This document shows, in pieces, positions 8,935 to 20,100 of a stretch of DNA of 64,000 nucleotides. The translations under genes and the position numbers were made by a program. Numbering within the stretch: position 1 is the first letter of the stretch; the number at the start of each line of letters is the position of its first letter. Source of the DNA: Candidatus Zixiibacteriota bacterium (lineage in GTDB: Bacteria > RBG-13-66-14 > B26-G2 > WVWN01); NCBI GenBank assembly GCA_050117845.1, contig JASFLY010000012.1:12975-76974 (forward strand). The letters run 5' to 3'. Under the pieces are notes generated by a model. That model was not told the origin of the DNA. It worked only from the letters and a program-made list of their open reading frames with translations, and did no database searches.

Positions 8935-9872
8935 TCGGCCGCCACCTTCCCCTTAAACCATTCTATCGTTTGCGCCAGGCCCTCCTGCACGGGGACCCGG
9001 GGTTCCCATCCCAGGAACTCGTTCGCCCGGCCTATGTCGGGCTTGCGGCGCCGGGGGTCGTCGATGGGCAACGGCTCGTAAACTATCTCCAGAGCCGGGT
9101 CCACCGCGTCGCGAATCATCTCCGCCATCGAAAGAATCGTTATCTCTTCGGGGTTGCCGACGTTGACCGGATCCGTCACGTCGGACTCGAGGAGCGCCAG
9201 CATCCCGTCCACCATGTCGCCTACGTAGCAGAAGGAGCGCGTCTGCGAACCGTCGCCGTAGACGGTCAGCGGCTCTCCGGCGAGGGCCTGTGACACGAGG
9301 TTGGGTATGAGGCGGCCGTCGGCCGGCCTCATGCGAGGGCCGTAGGTGTTGAAGATGCGGATGACGCGGGCGTCGAGGCCGCGGTAGCGCCGAAAGGCCG
9401 CGACCATCGCCTCGCCGAAGCGCTTCGCCTCGTCGTACACGGAACGGGGGCCGGTGGCGTTGACGTGGCCCCAGTAGTCCTCGTTCTGCGGGTGGACTTC
9501 CGGGTCGCCGTAGACCTCGCTGGTGGAGGCGAAGAAGAAGCGGGCCCCTTTGCTCAGGGCCAGATCCGCGGCGAGACGCGTCCCCTCGGAGTTGACCGCC
9601 ATAATCTCGAACGGGAGGCGCTCGAAGTCTATGGGGCTCGCGGGGCTCGCGATGTGCATTACGAAGTCGGCCGGCCCGTCCACGTCGTAAGGCCGGGAGA
9701 CGTCGGTTTCCCTGAATTCGAAGCCGTCGTAGGCTTCCAACAAACCCACGTTAGCCGGGTCGCCGGTGGAGAGGTTATCGAGGACGATAACCCCGTGGCC
9801 TTCGGTCAGTAAGCGTTCGACCAGGTGGGAGCCTATGAACCCGGCCCCGCCGGTAATTATATAACGAGCCAT
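8931..9872 (-). CDS. UDP-glucuronate decarboxylase family SDR
   Basis: GGAGFIGSH, ASPASP, ASTSEVYGDP, RSVYDEAKR, RIFNTYGPRM. Confidence 0.9.
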   Translation of the reverse strand: MARYIITGGAGFIGSHLVERLLTEGHGVIVLDNLSTGDPANVGLLEAYDGFEFRETDVSRPYDVDGPADFVMHIASPASPIDFERLPFEIMAVNSEGTRLAADLALSKGARFFFASTSEVYGDPEVHPQNEDYWGHVNATGPRSVYDEAKRFGEAMVAAFRRYRGLDARVIRIFNTYGPRMRPADGRLIPNLVSQALAGEPLTVYGDGSQTRSFCYVGDMVDGMLALLESDVTDPVNVGNPEEITILSMAEMIRDAVDPALEIVYEPLPIDDPRRRKPDIGRANEFLGWEPRVPVQEGLAQTIEWFKGKVAAD

Positions 9873-9904
9873 TTTAAACCTTTCTAATTTCCCTACACGG
9901 TTCT

Positions 9905-9934
9905 ACGGAAGGCCGAAGCCGGCCTTCCGTTTTT
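9905..9934 (+). terminator. Intergenic hairpin with T-tract on the plus strand
   Basis: acggaaggcc-gaagcc-ggccttccgt followed by tttt. Confidence 0.55.
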
Positions 9935-9955
9935 AAGTCTCGCGTCCGAAACCGC

Positions 9956-11257
9956 TTACGATTCGTTGCGGCGACCCACGCCGAAGTACTCCAGGCCGGC
10001 GGCCTTGACCTTCGCGGGGTCGTAGATGTTGCGGCCGTCGAATATAAGCGGCTGCTTCATATCCTTTATCAACGTCTTGAAATTCGGCTCCTTGAACTCG
10101 TTCCAGTCCGTCACGACCGCCAGGGCGTCGGCGCCCTCCACCGCCGCGTAGGCGTTCGCGGTGTACTCTACGTCGGGCATGACCTCCCGGGCGTCGTCCA
10201 TGGCCACGGGGTCGAAGGCCGCCACCGCGGCGCCGGCCGCGAGCAGTTTCTCTATGATGCCCAGGGCCGGGGACTCACGGATGTCGTCGGTGTTGGGCTT
10301 GAAGGACAGCCCCCACACCGCGATTTTCTTGCCGTTGAGGTCGCCCAGGCGATTCATTATCTTCTCCACGAAGAGGTCGCGCTGGACCTCGTTCACGTCC
10401 ACGACGGCCTTGAGGATTTTAAAGTCGTAGCCGGCCTTGGTCGCGATGTCCACGAGGGCGAGAGTATCCTTGGGGAAACACGAACCGCCGAAACCGACGC
10501 CGGCGCCGAAGAAGGCCGGGTTTATGCGGCCGTCCTTCGTTACGCCCTCGACGACCTCCCGGACGTCCGCGCCCACGCGCTCGCAGATGTTGGCTATCTC
10601 GTTGATGAAGGAGATCTTGAGAGCCAGGAAAGCGTTGGACGTATACTTAATCATCTCGGCCGAGAGGACGTCGGTGATGATGATGGGACCGTCGAGGGGC
10701 GCGTAGAGCTCGGCTACCATCTCGCCGGCCGCCGGATTGGAACAGCCGATGACGACGCGGTCGGGCTGCATGAAGTCGTGGATGGCCGACCCCTCGCGAA
10801 GGAACTCGGGATTCGAAACGACGTCATACGAGTACTCGCCGCCCGATTTCCCGGCGATAATCTGGCTCACGACGTCGCCGGTGCCCACCGGAACGGTGGA
10901 CTTGTTGACGACGACGCGGTAACCGTCCATGACCTCGCCGATAGTCTCGGCCACGGAGCGCACCTGGCTCAGGTCCGCCTCGCCGTCCGGGCCCGGAGGC
11001 GTTCCGACGGCGATAAAAATTATCTTCGACTTCTTGACCGCTTCGCCCACGTTGTCGGTGAAGGACAGACGGCCGACCTTGGCGTTGGTCTTGACGATTT
11101 CGACCAGGCCCGGTTCGAAGATGGGCGTCTCACCCCGATTCAACATTTCAACTTTGCGGGTGTCGATGTCCGCGCAAATAACCTGGTTCCCAAGGTCGGC
11201 GAAGCACGCCCCGGTAACCAAACCCACGTAACCGGTTCCTACAACCGCAACTCTCAT
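9956..11257 (-). CDS. ugd: UDP-glucose/GDP-mannose 6-dehydrogenase
   Basis: GTGYVGL, KSTVPVGT, NPEFLREG, GFGGSCFPKD, FKPNTDDIRESP. Confidence 0.92.
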   Translation of the reverse strand: MRVAVVGTGYVGLVTGACFADLGNQVICADIDTRKVEMLNRGETPIFEPGLVEIVKTNAKVGRLSFTDNVGEAVKKSKIIFIAVGTPPGPDGEADLSQVRSVAETIGEVMDGYRVVVNKSTVPVGTGDVVSQIIAGKSGGEYSYDVVSNPEFLREGSAIHDFMQPDRVVIGCSNPAAGEMVAELYAPLDGPIIITDVLSAEMIKYTSNAFLALKISFINEIANICERVGADVREVVEGVTKDGRINPAFFGAGVGFGGSCFPKDTLALVDIATKAGYDFKILKAVVDVNEVQRDLFVEKIMNRLGDLNGKKIAVWGLSFKPNTDDIRESPALGIIEKLLAAGAAVAAFDPVAMDDAREVMPDVEYTANAYAAVEGADALAVVTDWNEFKEPNFKTLIKDMKQPLIFDGRNIYDPAKVKAAGLEYFGVGRRNES

Positions 11258-12204
11258 ATTCTCTCGCTCCAGTAATCCAATATGTCGGAAAGCGTCTGGT
11301 CGAACGGTATCTCCGGACGCCAGCCGGTCTGTTTCGTTATCTTAGTGTTATCGCCGATGAGCAGGGGCACGTCGGACGGACGGAGCCGCTCCGGGTCCAC
11401 CTCGACCTTGACGTCCGCACCCGACAGTTCTACCAACTTCTCGACGACCTCCCGGATGCTGTATCCCTTACCCGAGCATATATTATAAACTTCGCCGCCC
11501 TCGGCCGCCTCCAACGCGCGCCAGTACGCCCGCACGGTGTCCCGCACGTCCGTAAAATCGCGTACGGCGTCGAGGTTGCCCACGCTGACGTGAGGCCGCA
11601 AACCCTTGCGGGCCTCGATTATCTGGATGGCGAAGTTGGAGCATACGAAAACCCGGCCGCGCCGCGGCCCGGTGTGATTGAACGCCCGGGTCCGCACCAC
11701 GTCGGTCCCGTACGATTTGAAATATTGATAGGACAACATATCCTGGCCCACCTTGCTCACGCCGTAGGGGCTCAAGGGCCGGAGGGGATTGTCCTCCGTA
11801 ATCGGCACTTCCTCGGGCGCCACGAATCCGTACTCCTCCGAGGAACAGGCCACGAGGATACGGGGTTCGTATTTCGCCCGGCGCACCGCCTCGAAGATGT
11901 TAACCGTTCCGACGATGTTGGTGGTCAGCGTCTCGGACGGTAGTTTCCAACTCGAGACGACGTACGACTGGGCGGCGAGGTGGAATATTTTATCCGGTTT
12001 GATATCCGCCACCAGCGACTCGACCGAGGACGCGTCCCGCAGGTCCGCGTCGATGACGGTGATGCGGTCGGAGATGTGTTCGATGTTCTGGCTGGGGCTG
12101 CGCCAGCGCGCCGTCCCGTAAACCTCCACGTCACCCAGGGCCAGAGCGTAATCGGCCAGGTGACTGCCGGCGAAGCCGGTTATCCCCGTTATTAAAATTT
12201 TCAT
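11254..12204 (-). CDS. GDP-mannose 4,6-dehydratase / Rmd-like SDR
   Basis: ITGITGFAGSHL, HLAAQS, SPYGVSK, FNHTGPRR, VGNLDAVRDF, RPSDVP. Confidence 0.85.
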   Translation of the reverse strand: MKILITGITGFAGSHLADYALALGDVEVYGTARWRSPSQNIEHISDRITVIDADLRDASSVESLVADIKPDKIFHLAAQSYVVSSWKLPSETLTTNIVGTVNIFEAVRRAKYEPRILVACSSEEYGFVAPEEVPITEDNPLRPLSPYGVSKVGQDMLSYQYFKSYGTDVVRTRAFNHTGPRRGRVFVCSNFAIQIIEARKGLRPHVSVGNLDAVRDFTDVRDTVRAYWRALEAAEGGEVYNICSGKGYSIREVVEKLVELSGADVKVEVDPERLRPSDVPLLIGDNTKITKQTGWRPEIPFDQTLSDILDYWSERI

Positions 12205-14627
12205 TTCGACCTTCCCTTGAGATTGGCTACGAGACGCCGCGCGACGTGTGCCGCGGCCACGGCGTCCCGGGCGTACGCCGCCCCGATCCTCTTGGCGTAA
12301 TCCTCGGTTACGACGGCCCCGCCCACGAGAAGCCGGGCCTTAATTTTATTTTCGCTTAACGCCCCCGCGACCCTGCCCATCTCGGGCATCGTCGTCGTCA
12401 TAAGAGCCGATAGCGCGACGATGTCGGCCTCCTGCTCCCGGGCCGCGGCCACGATGCGCGCCACCGAAACGCTCTTGCCCAAATCGCGAACGTCAAAACC
12501 GTGGCTTTTCAGGACGGCGCCGACTATGTTCTTGCCGATGTCGTGTACGTCCCCCGCAACGGTGGCGACGACGACGCGGCCGGCGGATCGGCTCGACGTT
12601 CGGGCCCGGCGCAACGCCTTCTCGATTACGCCGAAAGCGTCCCGGCTCGCTTCCGCGGCGCGAACTACGTGTGGCAGGTAGTACTCGCCCCGCCCGTAGC
12701 GCCGCCCCACTTCCGCAAGCGCCGGCACGACGTATTTGCTATTCAGCGTGAGCGGCGAGACGCCGGCGGTGAGGGCCCGTTCGGCCGCAGCTGCTGCTTC
12801 CTCCCGGCGACCGTGCAGAACGGCGTCGTAGAGCTCGTCGCCTGGGTCGGCCTTCCTCTTCGGCGTCGACGCTTTTTTCGCACGCCGGGCCGGTTTCGGC
12901 GCGAACGCCGCGGTATACGCCGCCACTTCCTCGTCGCCGCCGGTCAATACCGATAAGCCGCGTATCGCCTCCGCCATCCGTTCGTCGAGGGGATCAACGA
13001 TGGCGAGGTCGAGGCCGGCGCCGGCGGCGTACGTGAAGGCCGCGGCGTTTAGCACCTCCCGGCGCGGAAGGCCGTGAGAGACGTTACTCACACCCATAAC
13101 CGTCCGAACGCCGAAGGTCTTCTTTATCTCCCGAAGCGTCTCGAAGGTTACCCGGGCGCCGCCCTGAGCCGCCGTCAGCATGAGCGGGTCGATATATATG
13201 TCGCCCAGGGCGATGCCTTCGCTCAGCGCCCGGTCGACGAATTTCTCGACCAGCGTAAGCCGGGCCGTGACGCTCGAGGGGATGCCGCGAGCCCCCATCG
13301 CCAGGCCCACGACGCCGGCGCCCCACTTCCGGGCAAGCGGGAGGAGTCGCGCCATCGACCGGCCTGAAGCGGGACAGCTGTCGAGAAGCGGCTTACCGAC
13401 GGCGGCCTTGAGGCCCGCCTCCAGCGCGTCGGCCCGGGCCGAGTCCACGGATACGGGGGTATCCACGGCGGCCTGTACCGCCCGGACCGCGGCGGCCATC
13501 GTCACGGCCGCGCCGTCCCGGTCGCCCACGTTAACGTCAATTACGGACGCGCCGGCGGCGACCTGGGCCTCGGCCTCGCTCACGGCGAGGGTGAACTTCC
13601 CCCCGCCCAGTTGCCGCGTAAGTGCCTTCCGGCCGCTGGGATTGATCCGCTCCCCCACGATGACCGGCGCGCCCAGCCCCACGGCGACGACGCCCGTCCG
13701 GCCGGCGAGTACGGAGCGGCTCGCCCGCCGTGGCCTCCGGGGGGGCTTCACGCCGGCGAGGGCTTTGGCCGCGGCGCGGATATGCTCGGGGCCGGTGCCG
13801 CAACAACCGCCGACGATAGAGGCCCCGGCGGCAACGAGTTTCGGCACCCAGCCGGCGAATTGGGCCGGCGTTTGGCGGAAGACCGTCCGCCCCCGCACGA
13901 GACGCGGGAGGCCTGCGTTGGGCTCCGCGCATACCGGGACGTCGGCGACGGCCGCCATCTCCCGGATAATGGGTACGAGTTCGCGGGCCCCCACGGAGCA
14001 GTTGGCTCCCACGGCGTCTGCCCCGGCGGCCTGCAACGTTACCGCGGCGGCCTCGGGCGGCGTCCCGGTTACGGTACGGCCGCCCGCGTCGAAGGTCGCG
14101 AACGCGATTACGGGTCCGTCGAAAGCATCGCGGGCCGCGACGACCGCGGCCTTGAGTTCCCGCAGGTCGGATATCGTCTCGATTACGAGGAGGTCGACGC
14201 CGGCGGCGACCAGGATTCTCGCCTGACGGTGGAACTCCCGGTACGCCTCGTCGAAGGGCAGTTCCCCCACGGGCTCGACGTACTCGCCCAGCGGGCCGAT
14301 ATCGCCGGCTACGAGAGCATTGTCCCCGGCGGCCTCGCGGGCCACCGCGGCCGCGGCCCGGTTTATCTCGTCGGCCCGGGACGATAGTTTATACGGCGCG
14401 AGGCGCATCCGCGTGGCACCGAAAGTATTGGTAAGTATTATGTCGGCCCCGGCCGCGACGTAAGCCTCGTGGCCCGCGCGAACGGCCTCCGGATTCGACA
14501 GGTTGAACTCGTCCGGCGCCGCGCCTGGCGGGAGGCCCCGCTCCTGGAGGAGCGTCCCCATCGCCCCGTCCAACAAAAGGACGCGGTCCCGGGCCATGAG
14601 CTTGAATTGTTCGCGCCTGAGTTTCAT
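12201..14627 (-). CDS. metH: B12-dependent methionine synthase (Hcy, pterin and cobalamin domains; no reactivation domain)
   Basis: DGAMGT, GANCS, PNAGLP, GGCCGT, GERINP, GVSNVSHGLP, GDVHDIGKN. Confidence 0.9.
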   Translation of the reverse strand: MKLRREQFKLMARDRVLLLDGAMGTLLQERGLPPGAAPDEFNLSNPEAVRAGHEAYVAAGADIILTNTFGATRMRLAPYKLSSRADEINRAAAAVAREAAGDNALVAGDIGPLGEYVEPVGELPFDEAYREFHRQARILVAAGVDLLVIETISDLRELKAAVVAARDAFDGPVIAFATFDAGGRTVTGTPPEAAAVTLQAAGADAVGANCSVGARELVPIIREMAAVADVPVCAEPNAGLPRLVRGRTVFRQTPAQFAGWVPKLVAAGASIVGGCCGTGPEHIRAAAKALAGVKPPRRPRRASRSVLAGRTGVVAVGLGAPVIVGERINPSGRKALTRQLGGGKFTLAVSEAEAQVAAGASVIDVNVGDRDGAAVTMAAAVRAVQAAVDTPVSVDSARADALEAGLKAAVGKPLLDSCPASGRSMARLLPLARKWGAGVVGLAMGARGIPSSVTARLTLVEKFVDRALSEGIALGDIYIDPLMLTAAQGGARVTFETLREIKKTFGVRTVMGVSNVSHGLPRREVLNAAAFTYAAGAGLDLAIVDPLDERMAEAIRGLSVLTGGDEEVAAYTAAFAPKPARRAKKASTPKRKADPGDELYDAVLHGRREEAAAAAERALTAGVSPLTLNSKYVVPALAEVGRRYGRGEYYLPHVVRAAEASRDAFGVIEKALRRARTSSRSAGRVVVATVAGDVHDIGKNIVGAVLKSHGFDVRDLGKSVSVARIVAAAREQEADIVALSALMTTTMPEMGRVAGALSENKIKARLLVGGAVVTEDYAKRIGAAYARDAVAAAHVARRLVANLKGRSK

Positions 14628-15221
14628 TTATTCCGCAGTTATCGCCGCCACCGCGCTAACGCTCTTGCGCGGCATCATCATGTAGTTTTCGGTCAGCGTA
14701 ATACCAAGTTCCGTTCCGCCCGACAGCGCGAGGAGTTCGGCCTGACACGCGAGGTCGAAGTCGCCGTAGCCGGGGCTTATCCTCCGGCCGACGACCTCGC
14801 CGGCCGGCCGGCCCTCCTCCCTGGCCCGGCGGTGGACCCGGGAAACGAGTTCCTCCGCGGCGACGGAGCCCACGGCGTCGGCGACGGTCATCGCGAAAAC
14901 CTCGCCCAGGGCGTCGTAGTCGGCGGCCAGCGCTTCGAGCGCTTCCCCCACCGTCGCGGCCATCGCCACGATGGTGGAGGCCCCGGACGTCAGTTTCGCC
15001 AGGTCGGCGCTGTGCCAGGCTACGCCGCCGTCCAGTTCCACCTCGTCCCCGCGGACGCGGATAACGGCCACGCGGCGGGAACTCCAACGGGGCGTCAGGA
15101 CGTCGCGGGCCCGGCGGTAGGCCGAGTCGAAATCGGCCCTCAGGGCCGCGTCCCCCGCAGCCCCGGGTGACGGAACGCCGAGGCGCTTCCAGACGAGCGT
15201 TGCCTTAACCTCGAGTTCCAC
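14628..15221 (-). CDS. Stand-alone methionine synthase reactivation domain
   Basis: A.TVG, DAVGS..AE, RISPGYGD, IGITLT..MM.P.KSVS-like motif; abuts metH. Confidence 0.82.
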   Translation of the reverse strand: MELEVKATLVWKRLGVPSPGAAGDAALRADFDSAYRRARDVLTPRWSSRRVAVIRVRGDEVELDGGVAWHSADLAKLTSGASTIVAMAATVGEALEALAADYDALGEVFAMTVADAVGSVAAEELVSRVHRRAREEGRPAGEVVGRRISPGYGDFDLACQAELLALSGGTELGITLTENYMMMPRKSVSAVAAITAE

Positions 15222-15771
15222 CGTCGTCCGGTTTCGCCTTCTTCTTGCGGTACCGCTCCTCTTCGCTGTAGATACAGCCGCAGTACCCTTGGACGTATAT
15301 TTCCGCTTCCCGGGCGACGCGGCGACTCTCGTCGTCGTCGGGCCGGAAGTCGCGGGCCAGGAATTGTACGCCGGCCTCCGCGGCCGCCCTTTCTCCGGCT
15401 TCGAGTATGGCCGGCTGGTCCTGATGGGGCGAGACGAGGAGCGTCGTCGTGAACGCTTCGTAGCCCGCCTCCCGCGCCCGGAGGGCGGTAACCGAAAGCC
15501 GCTCGAAGTAACACCGGGAACAGCGCCCCGCCCCCGAGGGACTAGCGACTTCGCGCAAGAAATAATCTATATCGTATCGGTCGTATACGTCGGCCCGGTA
15601 TTCCTCCCGGGAGGCCACCTCTCGAAACGCGGCTAGCCGTTTTCGGTATTCGCGGTAGGGTTGAACGTTAGGATTATACCAGAAAACGATTAGGTCGTGC
15701 CCCTCCGCTTCGAGCGCCCGAGCCGGCCCGGCCAGACAGCGGCCGCAACAAGCATGCAACATTACGCGCAT
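15205..15771 (-). CDS. queH: Epoxyqueuosine reductase QueH
   Basis: LHACC..C, YNPNVQP..EY..R, C..C, TTTLLVSPHQ, YCGCIYS. Confidence 0.9.
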   Translation of the reverse strand: MRVMLHACCGRCLAGPARALEAEGHDLIVFWYNPNVQPYREYRKRLAAFREVASREEYRADVYDRYDIDYFLREVASPSGAGRCSRCYFERLSVTALRAREAGYEAFTTTLLVSPHQDQPAILEAGERAAAEAGVQFLARDFRPDDDESRRVAREAEIYVQGYCGCIYSEEERYRKKKAKPDDGGTRG

Positions 15772-15782
15772 TATAAACCCGA

Positions 15783-15811
15783 ATTATATAATTACGCCCC
15801 GCCCTTTTCAA
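15783..15811 (-). promoter_or_regulatory. Sigma70-type promoter of queH operon
   Basis: TTGAAA-17 bp-TATAAT ending 11 bp before ATG. Confidence 0.7.
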
Positions 15812-15927
15812 ACCTTTTATTTTTGGGGGGGGTGGGGATTATAACCGGCCAGGGGTGACAAGTCAACCGGCCGATACGCCTTAATTTAACCTTGACTTCG
15901 CCCTCCCGGGGTGTTTGAATTATAAAC

Positions 15928-16842
15928 GTGAAGATTCGAATATTACTCGCGAGCGCGGCCATCACGGCCGCGACGGCCCTCGGGGTTGCCGGCGACGGCC
16001 CCTCCCTCGCCGACCTCGACCTCCTACGCGTCCCCCGGGAAGAAATCCCGCCGGGCGAGGCCGAATTGGCCAACAAATTGCAGTACGCCCGGGCCCTCAT
16101 CCTGGGTGGGAAAGCCGAGGAAGCTCTTTCGGCCCTCGACGAAGTGGCAGCCCGGGATACGGCGGGGACCTTCTCCGTCGAAATACTCTATTACCGGGGT
16201 TTCGCGCTCGACATGCTGGGCCAATACGACGCGGCGCTCGTCAACTACGAGGAGGCGCTGGCCCTCCAACCGGACGACCCCACGATACTGCTGGCGATGG
16301 GCCAGGCAAGTCTGGACGCGGGCCGCGACGACGACGCCCGGGCCCGATTCGAACGGGTTCTGGAACTCAGTCCGGGGGAATCCCGGGCCCTTACCGGCTT
16401 GGCTTATCTGGACTTAACGGCCGGCGACTCGGCCGGGGCCAAGGAGAAGCTGGAACAAGCCCTGGCCTCGGACGCCGGGAACGCCCTCGCCATGTCATAC
16501 ATGGGCCTGGTCGAGATGGGCAACCGCAAATTCGACCTCGCCCGGGCGCACCTCGAAAACGCGCTCGCGCTCGAGCCGGATAACCTGACCGCCAATTATA
16601 ACCTGGCCGGTATTTACCTGATGCAGGGCGATTTCGCCCTCGCCGAAGAACACTATCGCCGCGTCCTGGAACGCAAGCCGGAGGACGGCGAGGCCCGTTA
16701 TTACCTGGCCCGGGCGCTGGAGGGCCAGGGGCGTTACAAGGAAGCCCTGGCCGAAGCCGAACTCGTCGTCGAATCGGGAGTGCTCGTAGAGGGCCTCGTC
16801 GAAACGCTGGACCGGCTGGAACGCCTGGCCGGCGGAGAGTAA
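15928..16842 (+). CDS. Secreted tetratricopeptide repeat protein
   Basis: Signal peptide plus repeated 34-aa TPR units (A...YEEALALQPDD, FERVLELSP, LENALALEPDN). Confidence 0.85.
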   Translation: MKIRILLASAAITAATALGVAGDGPSLADLDLLRVPREEIPPGEAELANKLQYARALILGGKAEEALSALDEVAARDTAGTFSVEILYYRGFALDMLGQYDAALVNYEEALALQPDDPTILLAMGQASLDAGRDDDARARFERVLELSPGESRALTGLAYLDLTAGDSAGAKEKLEQALASDAGNALAMSYMGLVEMGNRKFDLARAHLENALALEPDNLTANYNLAGIYLMQGDFALAEEHYRRVLERKPEDGEARYYLARALEGQGRYKEALAEAELVVESGVLVEGLVETLDRLERLAGGE

Positions 16843-16965
16843 CGCCGGCGGCAATATCCCCTCCTGGAAACCGACCTTCCTTAGAGATAAACGGTTTTTT
16901 ATCGTCCCGAGGACCTATTTAATACTCCGAAAATAGTCCCCGAAAGGGCCGGCCCCATTTTTAGG

Positions 16966-16994
16966 TTGACCGCCTTCGTTAATTATTCTATATT
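16966..16994 (+). promoter_or_regulatory. Promoter for coiled-coil/ParA operon
   Basis: TTGACC-17 bp-TATATT in AT-rich intergenic region; GGAGG SD before ATG 17101. Confidence 0.6.
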
Positions 16995-17100
16995 CAATCC
17001 TCAAAGAGGATTATATTTTATACTTTCATAATTCAACCTCTACTTACACGGTCGGCGCGTTCGCGTAAAAGCCCGGAAACGCGTCCCGGGAGGTTCATGC

Positions 17101-20100
17101 ATGGCCCCCATATTCAGTAAAAAGCCCGAATTGACGCCGGAACTAGTCGGCGAATATTTCGATAAACGGGCGGCCGAATTCAAAGCGCTCTTAAACCAGG
17201 CCACCGAACACGAGAAAAAGCTAGCCGACCGGGCGGCCCAAGTCGAGGGCGACGTCGCGAAAATCGACGAGCTCGACAAAAAGGTTAAAGAGTTTGAGAC
17301 CAAGTCCGCGGCCCTGGCCGAAATGCTCCGCAAGGTCGAGGGTTTGCCGGCCTCGGTGAACGCGGCCGCGGAAAAGGCGGCCACGTCGGAGACGAAAGTC
17401 CGTGACGTGGAAACGCGCCTCAAGGCCGTGGGTGAAAAACAGGCCGAACTCCTCGCCCTCGAGAAAAAGATAACCGCCCTGACCGAAAACGCGAACCGGG
17501 CGACGGCCGACGTCAATAAAATCGAGGGGAGGCTCGCCGAGGTCCGCAAGGCAGACGCCGAGATAACGAAGTTGACCCAAAACCTCGCCGGGGCCGAAGA
17601 TAAAATAACGTCCCGTACGCGCGACTCTGCCGAACGCGTTACGGCGCTATCGTCGCAAATCGGTGAACTCGAGAAATCCGTCAAGGCGGCGGGGCAAGCA
17701 GTGGAGCGGGTGGAGGGCGAGATAAAATCCACCAAGGCCGAACTGGCGGGCCTGGGCGACCAGACCAAGCAACTGACCGCCGTCGAGAAAAACCTGGCTT
17801 CCGTTAAAACTAAGCTGGACCAGGTGGAACGTTCCGCGGCGCAGGTAACCGAGCTGCGGGCGGAGCTGAAAGCGGCCGGCCACGCGGTCGAGAAAACGAA
17901 TTCGGCCAACGACGCCAACAAACAAACGTTGGCGGAGGTAAAATCGGCCCTCGCCGAAACGAAGAAGGCCGCCGATCAGCAGGGCTCGCAAATCGCTACC
18001 CTTAGCGACAATTTCTCCAAAACCGGGGCCGACGTCGAAAAACGCCTCAAGGACGTGGACGCAAGTTTCGGTAAACTGGAAACGCGGGCCAAGGAATTGG
18101 AAACCCTCTCCAAGAAGGCCGACAAGATAAACGACCGTACCGAAACCGCGGCCGTCAAAACCGACGAACTGGAACAACGCCTGGCCATAGTGGAGAAAGC
18201 GAAAAAAGAGATAGAGACGTTGCGGGAGCGGGTCGATACGACGGCGGCGGCGGCGAAAGAAGCCGCGACCGAAGGCAAGGCCGTGCGTACGTCCCTCGAG
18301 GGCGTTCGCGCCGAGGCCGAAAAGATCCGGGCCGACGTGAACACGGTTAGTGAAACCTTCAAAACTATAAACAAGAACGTTAAAGCCACGGGCGAAGACG
18401 TTACGGAGGTCTCCCGCCGGGCGGGCAACGTAGCCGGCCGGACCACTAAACTCGAGCAGAAGATAGACGGCATCGAGGCCAGCATCGCCCAACTCGCCGA
18501 GGCCGACAAACGCGTCGGCGCCGTAACGAGTAAGGCCGAAACGGTAGAAACGAAATTAACCGACCTGAACGAACGCTTCAAGACGACCCAGGCCGAGCTC
18601 AAGAGCGCCGGCGGCCGGGCCGAAACGCTCGAAAAATCCCTCGCCAAGATCCAGGAGGACTTCGAGACTCTCCGGGTCGAACGCCAGCGCTACGACGAGG
18701 CCGAGCAGAACATCGACCGCCTCAACTCGCTCATCGAATACATCAACACCAAGATAGACGTCCTCGAGGACCAACGCGAACTCATCGCCAAGGCCAACGA
18801 GGAATCGGGTAAACTCGACGTCCTGCTGTGGGAGATGGACGTTCGCCTGAAGAAACTCGCCGAAGAGCAGAAGATGGTCCGCGAGGGCGAGAAACGCATC
18901 GCCGACCTGGAAGAGATAATGGCGGGTATCCGGGACAAATTCCGGGAGGCCCAGGGCATACGCGACAAGCTCCTGGACATGGAGAACCGCCGCGAGGACT
19001 TCGTGCGCGACCTCTCCTCGTTCGAGCGCCAGATAAACGACTTCCGCGAAACGCGGTCCAACCTCGACAAGTACTTCCGGACCGCCGAGGAAATCATCGC
19101 CCAGGCCGGCCACGCCGAGCACAAGGTGATGGACGTCCAGTCCATGCTCGGCACCATCGAGAGCCGGGCCGAAATACTTAAGACGGTAAAGGCGGACCTG
19201 GCCGACGTCCAATCGCAAGCCGCGTCCGTCGAGAAACTACAGGATAAAATCTCCACGCTCGAATCCCGCCTGGCGGAGGCCGACGCCCTATCTCGGGTCG
19301 TCGCCGACCAGATAGCCGAGAATAAGGCTCGCGAGGCCGCGTTCACTGGCCACGCGTCCCGCCTAGACGAAGTGGAAGACAAGGTCCGCCAACTCACGCT
19401 CGATATCGACCGCGTCGAGGCCGCGGGCCAGGAGATAAAAAATATCCAGAACACCATCGCGGACCTCGGCCAGGAATCCGAATCGGCCGCGCGCGAACTG
19501 GCCCAGTTCCAGAACGAGCGCTCCCGGGTCCAGGACGAATTCGACCGGGCCACCCGGACCGCGCAGGACCACCTCGAGCAAATCGAGCGGCGCCAGGAAG
19601 AGATTCGGCTCCGCGAGGAACTCGTTACCAGCGTGCACGACAAGACCGAGAAGATAGACGGCCTGCTCAAGGATATCGACCAGCGGATGATGGCGGTCCT
19701 CCGCGAGGACGCCAAACTGGACGCTTTAAGTTCGCGCCTGGACGATCTCAACCGCGACCTCTCGCTGCTCGAGGAGAAACGCCGGGCCGCCCTTAAATCC
19801 GAGAAAGAGGTCGACCGGCTGGTCGAGAAGGTGGGCTACCTCGAGGAGAGCACGGCCTCGGTAGACAAGGCCATCAGCACGCAGAGCAAACTCCGGCTCC
19901 AGCTCTCGGAGGAGGCCGAACGGCTCACCGACATCAAGAGCGAGGTCGGCGACGTTACCGAAACGGTAATGATGCACGCCGCCCGCGTCGGCGAGACGGA
20001 GAAAGAAGTAAACCGACTCCTCGAACGCATCCAGGAGGCGGGGCAAGAAGCCGCGAAGAAGGCCTCGCTCGTCGAACGGCGCAGTCAGGACATCATCGCC

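Noticed and set aside
15792-16100. Small ORFs in the queH/TPR divergent region
   Set aside because: Overlap promoters and the TPR gene; no coding features
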